Origin: Flavobacteriaceae bacterium
Lineage (GTDB): Bacteria; Bacteroidota; Bacteroidia; Flavobacteriales; Flavobacteriaceae
Reading direction: 5' to 3'
NCBI GenBank assembly: GCA_018608765.1
Contig: JABAYY010000034.1
Location: 27,209 to 91,208 of the forward strand
Length of the DNA stretch: 64,000 nucleotides
Positions 10,042 through 20,199 of this stretch are shown here, piece by piece. A model generated the notes under the pieces. It was not told where the DNA came from. It did not search any database and saw nothing but the letters and a program-made list of their open reading frames with translations. How positions within the stretch are numbered: the first letter of the stretch is position 1; every line of letters starts with the position of its first letter. The translations under genes were made by a program, and so were the position numbers.

Positions 10042-11106
10042 ATGGCAGGGAATGCATTTGGATCGATTTTTAAACTGACTACTTTTGGGGAATCTCATGG
10101 AACCGCTATAGGTGGGGTGATTGATGGATGTCCTGCTGGGATTGCCATTGATTTTGAAGCAATTCAGCTCGAAATGGACCGACGTAAACCCGGACAATCC
10201 AACATCGTGACCCAACGAAAAGAACCCGATACAGTTCAATTTTTATCTGGAATTTTTGAAGGAATTACTACTGGAACCCCAATTGGCTTTGTCATTGAAA
10301 ATGCCAACCAAAAATCCAATGATTATACCCATATAAAGGATGTATTTCGTCCAAGCCATGCCGATTACACCTATACCGAAAAATACGGTCAACGTGATTA
10401 CAGAGGGGGTGGACGTAGTTCGGCACGAGAAACAGCCTGTCGAGTGGTAGCCGGTGCAATTGCAAAACAATTTTTACAAACCATAGAAATAAACGCTTAT
10501 ACTTCATCAGTTGGCGAGATTGCACTTAATAAATCTTATAAAGACTTAGATTTAGCCAATGCTGAAACAAACGATGTACGTTGTCCAGATTCTGAAGTGG
10601 CTGAACAAATGATTTCAAGAATCAAAGCCATTCGTAAAGAAGGGGATACTATTGGAGGCGTGATCTCTTGTGTGATTAAAAATGTCCCTGTTGGATTAGG
10701 CGAACCTGTTTTTGATCGTTTACATGCACAGTTAGGAAAAGCCATGTTATCTATCAATGCGGTGAAAGGATTTCAATACGGAAGTGGATTTGAAGGCACG
10801 CAACTCAAAGGAAGCGAACATAACGATGCGTTTAATGCCGATGGTTCTACCAAAACAAATTTATCGGGTGGCATTCAAGGAGGCATTAGTAACGGAATGG
10901 ATATCTATTTTGATGTGGCCTTTAAACCGGTTGCAACAATTATGCAAGCCCAAGATACCATCGATAAGGATGGTAATGAAGTTGAAATGCATGGAAAAGG
11001 CCGACACGATCCTTGTGTGGTTCCGCGTGCAGTGCCCATTGTTGAAGCCATGGCTGCCTTGGTCATTGCCGACTTTATGCTGTTAAATCGGCTTAGTAAA
11101 GCTTAG
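10042..11106 (+). CDS. aroC: Chorismate synthase
   Basis: [26 protein letters not shown] motifs. Confidence 0.97.
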   Translation: MAGNAFGSIFKLTTFGESHGTAIGGVIDGCPAGIAIDFEAIQLEMDRRKPGQSNIVTQRKEPDTVQFLSGIFEGITTGTPIGFVIENANQKSNDYTHIKDVFRPSHADYTYTEKYGQRDYRGGGRSSARETACRVVAGAIAKQFLQTIEINAYTSSVGEIALNKSYKDLDLANAETNDVRCPDSEVAEQMISRIKAIRKEGDTIGGVISCVIKNVPVGLGEPVFDRLHAQLGKAMLSINAVKGFQYGSGFEGTQLKGSEHNDAFNADGSTKTNLSGGIQGGISNGMDIYFDVAFKPVATIMQAQDTIDKDGNEVEMHGKGRHDPCVVPRAVPIVEAMAALVIADFMLLNRLSKA

Positions 11107-11125
11107 AACTTAAATACAAACATAT

Positions 11126-12448
11126 ATGAAATCACTTGCGCTACATTGGAAAATATTAATAGGCATGCTCGCTGGTGTGACCTTTGGTTTTATAATGCTT
11201 GAAGTAGGCGGTGCTGATTTTGTGGCGAGTTGGATCAAACCCATCGGGACGATTTTTGTAAAACTCTTAAAACTAATTGCAGTCCCGCTGATTTTAGCGT
11301 CGCTGATTAAAGGGATTTCAGATTTAAAAGACATTTCAAAATTCGCATCTATTGGTCTTAAAACCATTATAATCTATGTACTCACCACAGTGATTGCTAT
11401 TAGCATTGGATTGATTTTAGTGAATACTCTCAATCCTGGAGACGGCGTTTCTACTGAAACCATTTCGAAACTGACTGAAACTTATGCGGACAACAGCAGT
11501 GTGCAAGGAAAAATTGCGGAAGCCAGTCGTCAACAAGCCAGCCGTCCTTTGGACTTTCTGGTGGATATGGTACCGGATAATGCTTTCTCTGCTTTGAGTA
11601 ATAATAAACTCATGCTTCAAGTGATTTTCTTAGCGATGTTTTTAGGGATTTCCCTCTTGTTAGTAGGTGAAAAAAGTGCCAAACCCCTCAAAGATTTCTT
11701 TGATTCTTTGAATGATGTGGTGCTTAAAATGGTGGATTTAATTATGCTCACTGCGCCTTTTGCGGTCTTTGCTTTGTTGGCTAATGTGGTCGTGTCCTCA
11801 GGAGATCCTGAACTGTTATATGCCCTTCTGTTTTATTCAGGAGTGGTAGTAGGTGGTCTATTTTTGATGGTTTGTTTTTACCTTGTGTTGGTCTCTGTGA
11901 TCACCAAAAGAAACCCACTGTGGTTTTTAAAACAAATCAGTCCAGCACAGTTATTAGCATTTTCTACGAGCAGTAGTGCAGCAACCCTTCCTGTGACTAT
12001 GGAGCGTGTGGAAGAACACCTTGGCGTGGATAAAGAAGTATCTAGTTTTGTCTTACCAGTAGGCGCGACCATCAATATGGATGGTACCAGTTTATACCAA
12101 GCGGTAGCGGCTGTGTTTATTGCGCAAGCTTTGGATTTTGACTTGACGTTTACAGATCAATTAATGATTGTTCTCACAGCGCTTTTAGCGTCGATCGGAA
12201 GTGCAGCAGTCCCTGGTGCGGGAATGGTGATGTTGGTGATTGTGTTAGAGTCGGTTGGCTTTCCAGCAGATAAATTAGCCATTGGATTGGCGCTTATTTT
12301 TGCAGTGGACCGTCCCTTAGATATGTGCCGTACCATGGTAAATGTCACAGGCGATGCTACCGTGTCTATGATTGTTGCTAAGTTTGAAGGCAAGCTCCAT
12401 AAACCAAAATCTAAAGAATGGGATGACCATTTGGAGGAGGTGAAGTAA
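11126..12448 (+). CDS. Dicarboxylate/amino acid:cation symporter (DAACS, GltP-like)
   Basis: AFSTSSSAATLP, GATINMDGT, DRPLDMCRT..NV.GD. Confidence 0.92.
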   Translation: MKSLALHWKILIGMLAGVTFGFIMLEVGGADFVASWIKPIGTIFVKLLKLIAVPLILASLIKGISDLKDISKFASIGLKTIIIYVLTTVIAISIGLILVNTLNPGDGVSTETISKLTETYADNSSVQGKIAEASRQQASRPLDFLVDMVPDNAFSALSNNKLMLQVIFLAMFLGISLLLVGEKSAKPLKDFFDSLNDVVLKMVDLIMLTAPFAVFALLANVVVSSGDPELLYALLFYSGVVVGGLFLMVCFYLVLVSVITKRNPLWFLKQISPAQLLAFSTSSSAATLPVTMERVEEHLGVDKEVSSFVLPVGATINMDGTSLYQAVAAVFIAQALDFDLTFTDQLMIVLTALLASIGSAAVPGAGMVMLVIVLESVGFPADKLAIGLALIFAVDRPLDMCRTMVNVTGDATVSMIVAKFEGKLHKPKSKEWDDHLEEVK

Positions 12449-12481
12449 TTTTTTTAGATACTTTACGAGAGGATTTTTGCG

Positions 12482-12916
12482 TTAGCTTGGGAATTTATTT
12501 TTAATCAGACTGTTTAGAAATTCATCAGGAGACATTACAGCAAGCAATGATTTTTTAAAATCTTTCCCATTTCTTGTAATGATTAATTCACAGCTAGAAT
12601 CAATTGCACTGATATATTGAAGTGCATCTTCAAAATCATGAAATGAAGAATTTAAGCCTTTTTCAATGGTTTGTGCATCAAGCAAACAAATTTCACTTAT
12701 AACATTAAATTTCCTTAATTTCTCTTGAGCTTTTTTTGAGTTTTCAAATTTTGAAAGAAAATAATTCACGGTAGCAAATGATAGAGGCGAAACGACTAAA
12801 GTTAAGATCTTTTTTTCTGCTAAAGAAGCTATTTTTGCTATGGACTCATAGAATGGTTGGCGCTCCCCCAAAAGATCTAACATTACATTGGTATCTATAA
12901 AAATTCTTTTACTCAT
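12482..12916 (-). CDS. PIN-domain toxin (VapC-like)
   Basis: IFIDTNVMLD, DFEDALQY, IITRNGKDF; 4-nt overlap with the upstream small gene. Confidence 0.88.
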   Translation of the reverse strand: MSKRIFIDTNVMLDLLGERQPFYESIAKIASLAEKKILTLVVSPLSFATVNYFLSKFENSKKAQEKLRKFNVISEICLLDAQTIEKGLNSSFHDFEDALQYISAIDSSCELIITRNGKDFKKSLLAVMSPDEFLNSLIKNKFPS

Positions 12917-13161
12917 TTATATTTCTCCATTAAGTAGTCTGAGTACCCTTCTTTATAATCTAAATCAGCCGGAATGTTAACACCTGTTGCCATACTTTTT
13001 ACAAAAGGAGAAATTTCAAAATCAGTTTCATTTTTTTCAGACGTAAGCGATTGAAGATAAGCTTCTACAATCCTAGATAAACTCATTTTTTTATCAAAAG
13101 CATATTTTTTTGCATCAGTAATAATCTTCTGATTTAACTTTAATGTTAGTTTCGTATCCAT
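12913..13161 (-). CDS. Ribbon-helix-helix antitoxin (DUF6364-like)
   Basis: MDTKLTLKL...AKKYA...SLSRIVEAYL; directly upstream of the PIN gene; own TATATTTG promoter box just upstream. Confidence 0.82.
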   Translation of the reverse strand: MDTKLTLKLNQKIITDAKKYAFDKKMSLSRIVEAYLQSLTSEKNETDFEISPFVKSMATGVNIPADLDYKEGYSDYLMEKYK

Positions 13162-13235
13162 AAAATTAATCTATACGTACAAATATAATAAATTCATCCG
13201 TATTAAGCGGTTTTTGAAAAGGTTTTTAGGCACCT

Positions 13236-13334
13236 AATTCAGCAAATACAAGCTGAATTTGCCTGCGGCAGGGAGATATTTACAGAAGAAGGCAAGAACA
13301 AGCAATTACTTATAGCCATTGTTGTGTGTAGTGT
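13236..13334 (-). repeat. attC-like half site closing the CBASS cassette (distal arm missing)
   Basis: + GCAATTACTTATAGCCATT-GTTGTGTGTAGTGT; GCAATTACTTATA (13302-13314) is identical to the arm at 51977-51989; inner hairpin AATTCAGC/GCTGAATT 13236-13259; no matching AAC arm found. Confidence 0.7.
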
Positions 13335-13335
13335 T

Positions 13336-13905
13336 TTATTCGTTAATTTCTTTTTTTAGTTCATTCGGTAAAAACATATCTATTTCATCGTTTGAAAGTG
13401 TTAATTCTTCGTTTAATTTTAAGGCTTTTGTAGCTTCTTTATATGCTTTATTTATTGTTCTTGGACTGCCTTTATAGATATTGTTCAGCCTGTCCTTTAA
13501 TGAATCTCGTTTTTCAATAAGCACATCCAATTCTATAATTTCTGCTTTTATATCTGTTAGTAAAGAAAAATATTCTTCTCTGACATTCCACAAATCAGAA
13601 GCAGATTCAGAATGCTTTTGTGCAATTTCTCCTAAATCGTGACCTTTTACATAAGTATTTATAGCAAACAAGATTGCAGATAAAATTGCCGTCACAATTC
13701 CAATTATCTTGTTTTCTCCAAATACTGCAATTAACACACCTGTTGTGGTTAATGCTGATAAAACAATTTGGATATATTTTATAACATTGTGTCTGTTAGA
13801 AATAATATCCGCACACTTTTCTTGTGTTTTGTGAGACCAAACAACTCTACCAAAACATTCTCTTATTTGTGATTCAAGTATTTTAACTTGGGAATTTGTA
13901 TCCAT
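13336..13905 (-). CDS. SLATT-domain two-TM effector
   Basis: Likely start MDTNSQ at 13905 (23-nt overlap with the NTase); IRECFGRVVWSHKTQEK, two hydrophobic helices, 'AQKH...A..LWNVREEY.SLL'. Confidence 0.8.
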   Translation of the reverse strand: MDTNSQVKILESQIRECFGRVVWSHKTQEKCADIISNRHNVIKYIQIVLSALTTTGVLIAVFGENKIIGIVTAILSAILFAINTYVKGHDLGEIAQKHSESASDLWNVREEYFSLLTDIKAEIIELDVLIEKRDSLKDRLNNIYKGSPRTINKAYKEATKALKLNEELTLSNDEIDMFLPNELKKEINE

Positions 13906-14764
13906 ATATTTCTCTCCATTTTTGTTTAGCTGAATAGTATTGTTTATTTCTTTGAAATTCAATAGCTTCTACAGCTTTGTCATAGGCTAATTTAGCTTTA
14001 TATTCAAACTTTCCTTTTCTGTAAATTAATTGATTACTTCCTAAAGCATACCAATATGTTTGAGTTTCCCTTTGATTTTTTAAATAACTAAAAAAATCTC
14101 TTGCCATTAAATCATAATACAGATAGGATTTGTCTTTATTGTCCCAATTACTTAAAAAATTATAGGCAAGAGTGTCAATTAATAATCCTCCCATTGGTAC
14201 ATTACAAAAGCCTTTCCAAGCTCTTGTCATTTTACACAGTCTTTTGAGGTTGTAATTTAATTTCGGGTCTTCTTGATTTACTTTATCTATTTCGGGATGA
14301 GGATTAGTCTTTTTCCAAGAGCCTCCATTATTTGAGTCAGGAAAAATGTATGATTTATCCTCATTTTGAAAAGCAGGAACAACCTCAAAATTTATATTAT
14401 CTGCAAAATTTATTGCGATAACTTGTCCATCTGCACCCAATTTAGAAGTTGAATAAGTTTTTCTTATTGAATCTCTTACTGCTTGCAAAAGAGATGATTG
14501 GCCATTATATAAATAATTATCGTAAGTGGTTTTTAAGTGAGCAGGTAAAACGAAAATCATATCAATATCGCTTTCGTCTACCATAGAAGTATTTCTGCCG
14601 TAAGAACCAACATATCTACTAAAAAGCGTTTCACTTGGACTTCCCCAAAAGTCAGTATTCAATCTATTCGTAATCGCTTTATATCTTCTCGAAATTGTCG
14701 AGCGTTTTTCTGTTCCAATAATTAAATTGTCGCAAAAGGTTTTAAAATATTCAGCTTCACTCAT
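13883..14764 (-). CDS. SMODS / cGAS-DncV-like nucleotidyltransferase (CD-NTase)
   Basis: VGSYGRNTS...SDIDM (GS + DxD), third acidic residue in FEVVPAF, FPDS..G.WKKTNP, LCKMTRAWK, GLLIDTL. Confidence 0.88.
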   Translation of the reverse strand: MSEAEYFKTFCDNLIIGTEKRSTISRRYKAITNRLNTDFWGSPSETLFSRYVGSYGRNTSMVDESDIDMIFVLPAHLKTTYDNYLYNGQSSLLQAVRDSIRKTYSTSKLGADGQVIAINFADNINFEVVPAFQNEDKSYIFPDSNNGGSWKKTNPHPEIDKVNQEDPKLNYNLKRLCKMTRAWKGFCNVPMGGLLIDTLAYNFLSNWDNKDKSYLYYDLMARDFFSYLKNQRETQTYWYALGSNQLIYRKGKFEYKAKLAYDKAVEAIEFQRNKQYYSAKQKWREIYGYKFPS

Positions 14765-14804
14765 AAATTTTAATCAATTTGTCGGTTTCGGTTACATTAC
14801 ACAC

Positions 14805-15070
14805 AACTAGTTATATGGAGAATAAACTTCCTGTTTATACGCCTCAAATTCCGGATAATAGGAACTTTTGTTCTCGTTTATTGTTTTTTCATATTCTAAA
14901 GTCTGCATTCTTTTTTTTAGTTACATTCATTCAGCGCATATATTAAGGGTATTAAAAACACCACATACCCACACACCGCTGTGTAGTTACAGTTTCTTAA
15001 TACTTTACTTAAATCATGAATTGGTTAAAAATGAAGAATCAGATTTGGGGTCTAAGTCCGCATAAATGTA
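14805..15070 (-). promoter_or_regulatory. Leader of array A: promoter, copy 3 of the motif and attI-like entry site
   Basis: Minus TACATTTA 15070-15063; + TGAAGAATCAGATTTGGGGTCTAAGTC 15032-15058; entry site + AACTAGTTATAT 14805-14816. Confidence 0.7.
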
Positions 15071-15131
15071 GTAAAAATAATTTAATAGCGGCTAAAGGAG
15101 TTGGGTTTTAATATTATGGCGTTCAGTAGGT

Positions 15132-15527
15132 TCAATCTAAAAACCGATCTTTCAGTTCTGGAGAGGGGACCCTGCATTGAGATTGTTTTCCAAACCAGCG
15201 GTAACGGTTGTTGGCGATGAACCGATACAAGCCGTCCCGAATAAAACGGGGGATGAGGTATCCAATGAGAAACACATAAAACCCACCACCTAAAATGTTG
15301 CACAGTTTTAGAACTGCGTTACTTCTATCGTAGAATTTACCGTCTAAATAAACTATAATCGTATCTAAATTTTCACGATTTAGCAGCGCTTTTGGAATAA
15401 TGTTTTGGGCATATTCACTTTGTAGAGACGCGAATTTTAAAACCTCTTTTTTGTCTTTTGAAATGAGGAAGTTCACACTGCGATTGCAGAGGTTACACAC
15501 GCCATCAAAAAAGACACTAGTTTGCAT
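15132..15527 (-). CDS. DCC1-like thiol-disulfide oxidoreductase (DUF393)
   Basis: FDGVCNLC, FASLQS, YRFIANNRYRWFG...C. Confidence 0.9.
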   Translation of the reverse strand: MQTSVFFDGVCNLCNRSVNFLISKDKKEVLKFASLQSEYAQNIIPKALLNRENLDTIIVYLDGKFYDRSNAVLKLCNILGGGFYVFLIGYLIPRFIRDGLYRFIANNRYRWFGKQSQCRVPSPELKDRFLD

Positions 15528-17695
15528 TATTTTTTAGAATTCACATACTCCAAGCGGTCAATATTAACCGTCGTTGTAAACAGTCCATAATTCACCACTG
15601 CTTTGTTTTTTTCGAGTTTATCCAAAGTCCCCACAGCGCGACCATCTTCCAAACGTACTGAATCTCCAACCACAAGAACACGTTTTGGTTTGGGTGGAAT
15701 CAAGGCTGCTTTTTCTTTTTGTTTCTTCTTTTCTTTGCGAATCACCGCTACTTTTTGGTCCACCTCTTTTTTAAGCTCTGTTTCTTTAACTTTTTGCGCC
15801 TTTTTTTGTTTCAGAGTAATTTTTTGACGTTTGGAATTTTCGATCTGAACCAATTTAAACAGCTCACTCATCAATTCGCGTTTCCGATTGTTCTCAAAAT
15901 AACGCTCCCCTAAATCACTGATTTTTTGCCCAAGATAGACCAATCGCTGGTTGCTGTCAAAAAGTTCTTGATAGCTTTGTAGTTTCTTCTTGGCCTTCGC
16001 ATTGGTTGTTTCCAATTTGTCAGCTTCTAAACTCTTTTTAATCTCATTTTGTTTGAGTGCTCGCTCTGTTTTTTCCAGTTTAGAACGCTCTTTTTGCAGC
16101 TTTGCAATGGTTTTATCGAACCGTATTTTGCCACGTTCAATTTTCTTTTTAGACCGATTGATCAAACTAAAAGGAATGCCGTTTTTCTGAGCTACCTCAA
16201 AAGTAAAGGAGCTACCGGCTTGTCCAATGACCAACTTATACAATGGGAGTAAGGTCTTTTCATCAAACAACATATTTGCATTCTGAATGTGCGGCAATTC
16301 GTTGGCCAAAAGTTTCAAATTACTATAATGTGTGGTAATAATTCCAAAGGCTTCTCTCTCGTAAAATACTTCCAAAAAAGTCTCTGCCAAAGCTCCACCC
16401 AGTTCTGGATCACTACCCGTTCCAAATTCATCAATTAAAAAGAGGGTATGTTTATTACACTTCTTTAAAAAATAATTCATTTGTTTCAAGCGGTAACTAT
16501 AGGTGCTTAGGTGGTTTTCAATGGATTGGTTATCCCCAATATCACTTAAAATCGAATCAAATAAACAGAGTTTTGAGCGTTCATGCACAGGAATCAACAT
16601 CCCCGATTGAACCATTAATTGTAGCAAACCGACTGTTTTTAGGGTGATACTTTTACCGCCAGCATTTGGTCCTGAAATGACAATAATCCGACTGTCCGTC
16701 GTCATGGTAATCGTTTGTGGAAAGGTCGTAATACCCTCACTTTTATTCGCCACCAACAACAAAGGATGGTAAGCGTCCACGAGGTCTATTTCTTGATGTT
16801 TGGTCACTTCTGGAAGGACAGCATCAATAACTTTGGCATACTTTGCTTTGGCATAGATGACATCTATTTTGGTCAGAAATTTCTGATAGGATTCTAACAA
16901 CGGACTGTAGCCGCTTATAAAACTAGTGAGTTCTAGTAAAATTCGTTTGATTTCTTCCGTTTCTTCAAACTCTAAATTATTAAGATCGCGTTGGTGTTGT
17001 TGGGTTGTATCCGGTTCAATATAGACGATACTGCCGGTTTTACTAGAACCCAATATACTTCCTTTGACCTTACGGCGATGCATGGCTTTTACGGCCAATA
17101 CACGGCGGTTTTCCATGACTGTTTCACGAATGTCATCCAAATACTCAGCACTGTTGTACATGCTTAAAGCAGAATTGAAACTCGTGTTTATTTTTGTGCG
17201 AACAGATTGAATCGATTTCCGCAGTCCGTACAATGTATCAGAAGCATCATTCCGAATCTCTCCAAATTTATCAACCACACTATGAATGGCTTCTGGAATG
17301 TCTTTATTGGCTTCTAGTTGTAAAGAAACTTTATGTAATAGGGGATAGTACTCATGAAATTTTTTGAAGAACTTCAACAGTATGTTTGTGGTCACACAGA
17401 TGCTCGCTATTTTTCGAAACCCATCTATTTCAAGATAATTATTTTCAATCCGAATCAATTTTAATTCTGCAGTGATCGCATCAAATCCATGGTTAGGAAT
17501 TCGATTTTCGTTATCAAAAGAAGACACAAATTCATTAGTGAGTCGAAGTGCCTGAATTACATCCTCTCTTTGTGAAAATGGCAGCGTAGCAAGAATCTCA
17601 TTTTTACCCAAGCTTGTAACATTGTGAGAGGCCACTTGTTGAATCACGGATTCAAATTCTAAATCTTGTAAAGTTTTCTTGGAAATATTAATCAT
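15527..17695 (-). CDS. mutS2: MutS2-family ATPase (no recognisable Smr domain)
   Basis: LQDLEF start, HPLL, ISGPNAGGKS, DIGDNQSIENHLSTYS, LIDEFGTGSDP, TTHY; probable ATG at 17695. Confidence 0.88.
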   Translation of the reverse strand: MINISKKTLQDLEFESVIQQVASHNVTSLGKNEILATLPFSQREDVIQALRLTNEFVSSFDNENRIPNHGFDAITAELKLIRIENNYLEIDGFRKIASICVTTNILLKFFKKFHEYYPLLHKVSLQLEANKDIPEAIHSVVDKFGEIRNDASDTLYGLRKSIQSVRTKINTSFNSALSMYNSAEYLDDIRETVMENRRVLAVKAMHRRKVKGSILGSSKTGSIVYIEPDTTQQHQRDLNNLEFEETEEIKRILLELTSFISGYSPLLESYQKFLTKIDVIYAKAKYAKVIDAVLPEVTKHQEIDLVDAYHPLLLVANKSEGITTFPQTITMTTDSRIIVISGPNAGGKSITLKTVGLLQLMVQSGMLIPVHERSKLCLFDSILSDIGDNQSIENHLSTYSYRLKQMNYFLKKCNKHTLFLIDEFGTGSDPELGGALAETFLEVFYEREAFGIITTHYSNLKLLANELPHIQNANMLFDEKTLLPLYKLVIGQAGSSFTFEVAQKNGIPFSLINRSKKKIERGKIRFDKTIAKLQKERSKLEKTERALKQNEIKKSLEADKLETTNAKAKKKLQSYQELFDSNQRLVYLGQKISDLGERYFENNRKRELMSELFKLVQIENSKRQKITLKQKKAQKVKETELKKEVDQKVAVIRKEKKKQKEKAALIPPKPKRVLVVGDSVRLEDGRAVGTLDKLEKNKAVVNYGLFTTTVNIDRLEYVNSKK

Positions 17696-17791
17696 TGTGT
17701 TCAAGCATAAGTCGTCACAAATGTAGGAATTAATGTTTAAAATATATAGCTTAAATTTGTTCCTTAAGCCTTAATCTTTAAGCCTCTTTAT

Positions 17792-18457
17792 ATGTTACAA
17801 CTCAACGGGACTTGGCGTTCCCATTTAGAAACTGAATTTAAGAAACCCTATTTCGAGAAACTAGATGTTTTTGTGCGTGCAGAATATGGTTTACATCCGT
17901 GTTATCCACCCTTTAATCAAATTTTTAATGCATTTGACAGTTGTGCGTTTGAAGCGGTCAAGGTTGTGATTATTGGTCAGGATCCTTACCATGGTGAAGG
18001 GCAAGCCAATGGATTGTGTTTTTCTGTGAACAAAGGCATGCCGCATCCACCGTCTTTAAAAAATATTTTTAAGGAATTAGAATCCGATTTAAAACTTCCA
18101 TATCCATCCAGTGGCGATTTAAGTTCTTGGGCTAGCCAAGGAGTGTTGCTATTAAATGCCACTTTGAGTGTACGTGCAAAGGAAGCAGGAAGCCATCAAA
18201 AACAGGGCTGGGAGAAATTCACAAATGCTGTGATTAAAACTCTTTCTAGTGAAAGATCGGATTTGGTTTTTTTGTTATGGGGGAGTTTTGCTAAAAATAA
18301 AGTGAGATTTATCGATACAGAAAAACATACAGTTTTACAAACAGGACATCCATCGCCTTTGAGTGCCAATCGTGGGTATTGGTTTGGAAATAAACATTTT
18401 AGTAAAACAAATGAAGTACTGGAATCGTTGAGTAAATCTCCAGTACAGTGGGGTTAA
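17792..18457 (+). CDS. ung: Uracil-DNA glycosylase (family 1)
   Basis: GQDPYH, GLCFSV, PPSL.NI, GVLLLN, HPSPLS. Confidence 0.97.
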   Translation: MLQLNGTWRSHLETEFKKPYFEKLDVFVRAEYGLHPCYPPFNQIFNAFDSCAFEAVKVVIIGQDPYHGEGQANGLCFSVNKGMPHPPSLKNIFKELESDLKLPYPSSGDLSSWASQGVLLLNATLSVRAKEAGSHQKQGWEKFTNAVIKTLSSERSDLVFLLWGSFAKNKVRFIDTEKHTVLQTGHPSPLSANRGYWFGNKHFSKTNEVLESLSKSPVQWG

Positions 18458-19314
18458 TCTTCTAAATTAGCAACCAATTGATTGTAGGGGAGCTTTTTGG
18501 AAATGATATCTAATTTCAAGAGTTGATTTTGAACTGCTTCTACGGTTTCAGCTTCAATATTTTCTAGCGACCATTCTGTAAGTGCTAGCCAATTTTTTAC
18601 ATCTTCAATTTTTTGCTCGTAACGTTTGGAAATAATCCCATCAATTTCAGGGATATCTTTAAAACCGGCTGTAATGGAATTGATGACTTCTAAAACGGCT
18701 TGAAGGGTTTCTTTTTCATTAGTTATAAATTCATCGCGTACCGCAATTACAAAACATGGCCAAGGCGTAGGGCAATCGCCCAAACGTCTGAAAGTTTTTT
18801 GATCCACCAGAGGCTTTGTTGTAAATTTCTCCCACATAAAATAATCAGCGTTCTCTTTTGTAAGTGCATCCACTGCACCCTCTAAATCTTTCACAACTTC
18901 AAATTCTAAATCGGTGGCTGTATTCCAACCTAATTCTAACGCATTCACATATGCCATCAAATGAGATCCAGACCCAAACCGACTGATAGCAGCACGCTGA
19001 CCTTTGAGCTCACTAAGTTCTTTGTAAGTAGATTTTTCTGCCACATGAATTCCCCAAATTAAAGGGGATTCTACAAAAACCTGTACAATTTTACAGGGAC
19101 TTCCTTCCGTAATATCTTTTATGATGCCTTCCGTTAGGATGACAGCGATGTCAATTTCGTTTTCTCGAAGTGCTTTGGTCATTTGACCTGTGCCACCAAA
19201 ATAATCGTTCCAACGAACATTGATGTTTTTGGGTTTAAAATGCCCCTGTTTTAGTGCTAAATACCAAGCGTAATTGAAGTGTTCGGGAACTCCGCCAATG
19301 CGTACGTTTTTCAT
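18454..19314 (-). CDS. Periplasmic-binding-protein-fold protein (NMT1/SsuA-like)
   Basis: GGVPEHFN, GGTGQM, SRFGSGSHLM, FMWEKFTTKP, TPWPCF. Confidence 0.7.
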   Translation of the reverse strand: MKNVRIGGVPEHFNYAWYLALKQGHFKPKNINVRWNDYFGGTGQMTKALRENEIDIAVILTEGIIKDITEGSPCKIVQVFVESPLIWGIHVAEKSTYKELSELKGQRAAISRFGSGSHLMAYVNALELGWNTATDLEFEVVKDLEGAVDALTKENADYFMWEKFTTKPLVDQKTFRRLGDCPTPWPCFVIAVRDEFITNEKETLQAVLEVINSITAGFKDIPEIDGIISKRYEQKIEDVKNWLALTEWSLENIEAETVEAVQNQLLKLDIISKKLPYNQLVANLED

Positions 19315-20184
19315 CTAAGAAATGAGTTTATTGAGCGTATAGATTATTAATTTTTCTATGGTGGCTTGCGGATTCTTGCTAAAAGTTCCTAAAGCTCTGT
19401 TGGCTAAAATAGCGTTCATAGAACAGGCTTCATGTCCTAATAATTTTGAAAGGCCATAAATGGCAGAGGTTTCCATTTCAAAATTGGTCACTCTTAAGCC
19501 GTTGTACTCAAAACTATCCATCTTATGATTCAGACTGTCATCTTGTAATTCTAAGCGTAATACGCGCCCTTGAGGCCCGTAGAATCCACCACAAGTCGCT
19601 GTCAATCCATTAATGGTTTGTTCGCTTTTTAATTTTGCTTCTAAGCGGTTCGAATTTTGAATGATAACCGGGTAGGGTTTTTGTGGACTCCATTGTGTAT
19701 GAGCCACAAAAGCAGCTTCAATATCGGCATGTTTGATGGCGTCAATTTTATAAGACTGTAACATTCCATTAATATCCATTCCATACGCACTCAATACAAA
19801 GCTGTCAATATCAATATCAGGTTGTAAAGCACCTGAAGTTCCGATGCGCACAATTGATAAACTTGTTTTAGTCGCTTTGATTTCACGAGTTTCAAAGTCG
19901 ATATTAACCAAGGCATCCAGTTCATTCAAAACAATATCAATATTGTCAGGTCCAATCCCTGTAGAAATTACAGACAATCGTTTTCCTTTATAGGTTCCTG
20001 TTTGGGTTTTGAATTCGCGACTTTGGACTTCAAAATCAATAGAATCAAAATGCTTTGTAACTTCCCCAACACGTTCTTGATCGCCTACAAAAATAATGGT
20101 ATCCGAAATGTCAGAAGGTTTCAAATGAAGATGGTAAATACTACCATCGGGGTTGAGTATGAGTTCAGAGTTTTTTATAGACAT
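19315..20184 (-). CDS. Nucleoside (uridine) phosphorylase family
   Basis: YHL, GDQERV, STGIGPDNIDI, RIGTSG, GFYGPQGR, NFEMET. Confidence 0.9.
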   Translation of the reverse strand: MSIKNSELILNPDGSIYHLHLKPSDISDTIIFVGDQERVGEVTKHFDSIDFEVQSREFKTQTGTYKGKRLSVISTGIGPDNIDIVLNELDALVNIDFETREIKATKTSLSIVRIGTSGALQPDIDIDSFVLSAYGMDINGMLQSYKIDAIKHADIEAAFVAHTQWSPQKPYPVIIQNSNRLEAKLKSEQTINGLTATCGGFYGPQGRVLRLELQDDSLNHKMDSFEYNGLRVTNFEMETSAIYGLSKLLGHEACSMNAILANRALGTFSKNPQATIEKLIIYTLNKLIS

Positions 20185-20199
20185 TTTATTGTTTTATAG

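Larger units (their letters stand above)
13321..14807 (-). mobile_element. Integron-like gene cassette A (SMODS NTase + SLATT)
   Basis: Minus-strand start GTTGTGTGTAATGT (14807-14794) matches + GTTGTGTGTAGTGT (13321-13334) at 13/14; ATG 43 nt from the start; stop 2 nt from the end repeat. Confidence 0.75.

Noticed and set aside
12481-13200. The TA module as a complete cassette
   Set aside because: Only a GTTAGCT at the toxin stop; no matching start sequence or hairpin arms.
14868-15065. 65-aa + strand ORF (also 5416-5619 and 52767-52973)
   Set aside because: They overlap leader or cassette DNA, have poor starts and no recognisable protein features; likely spurious.
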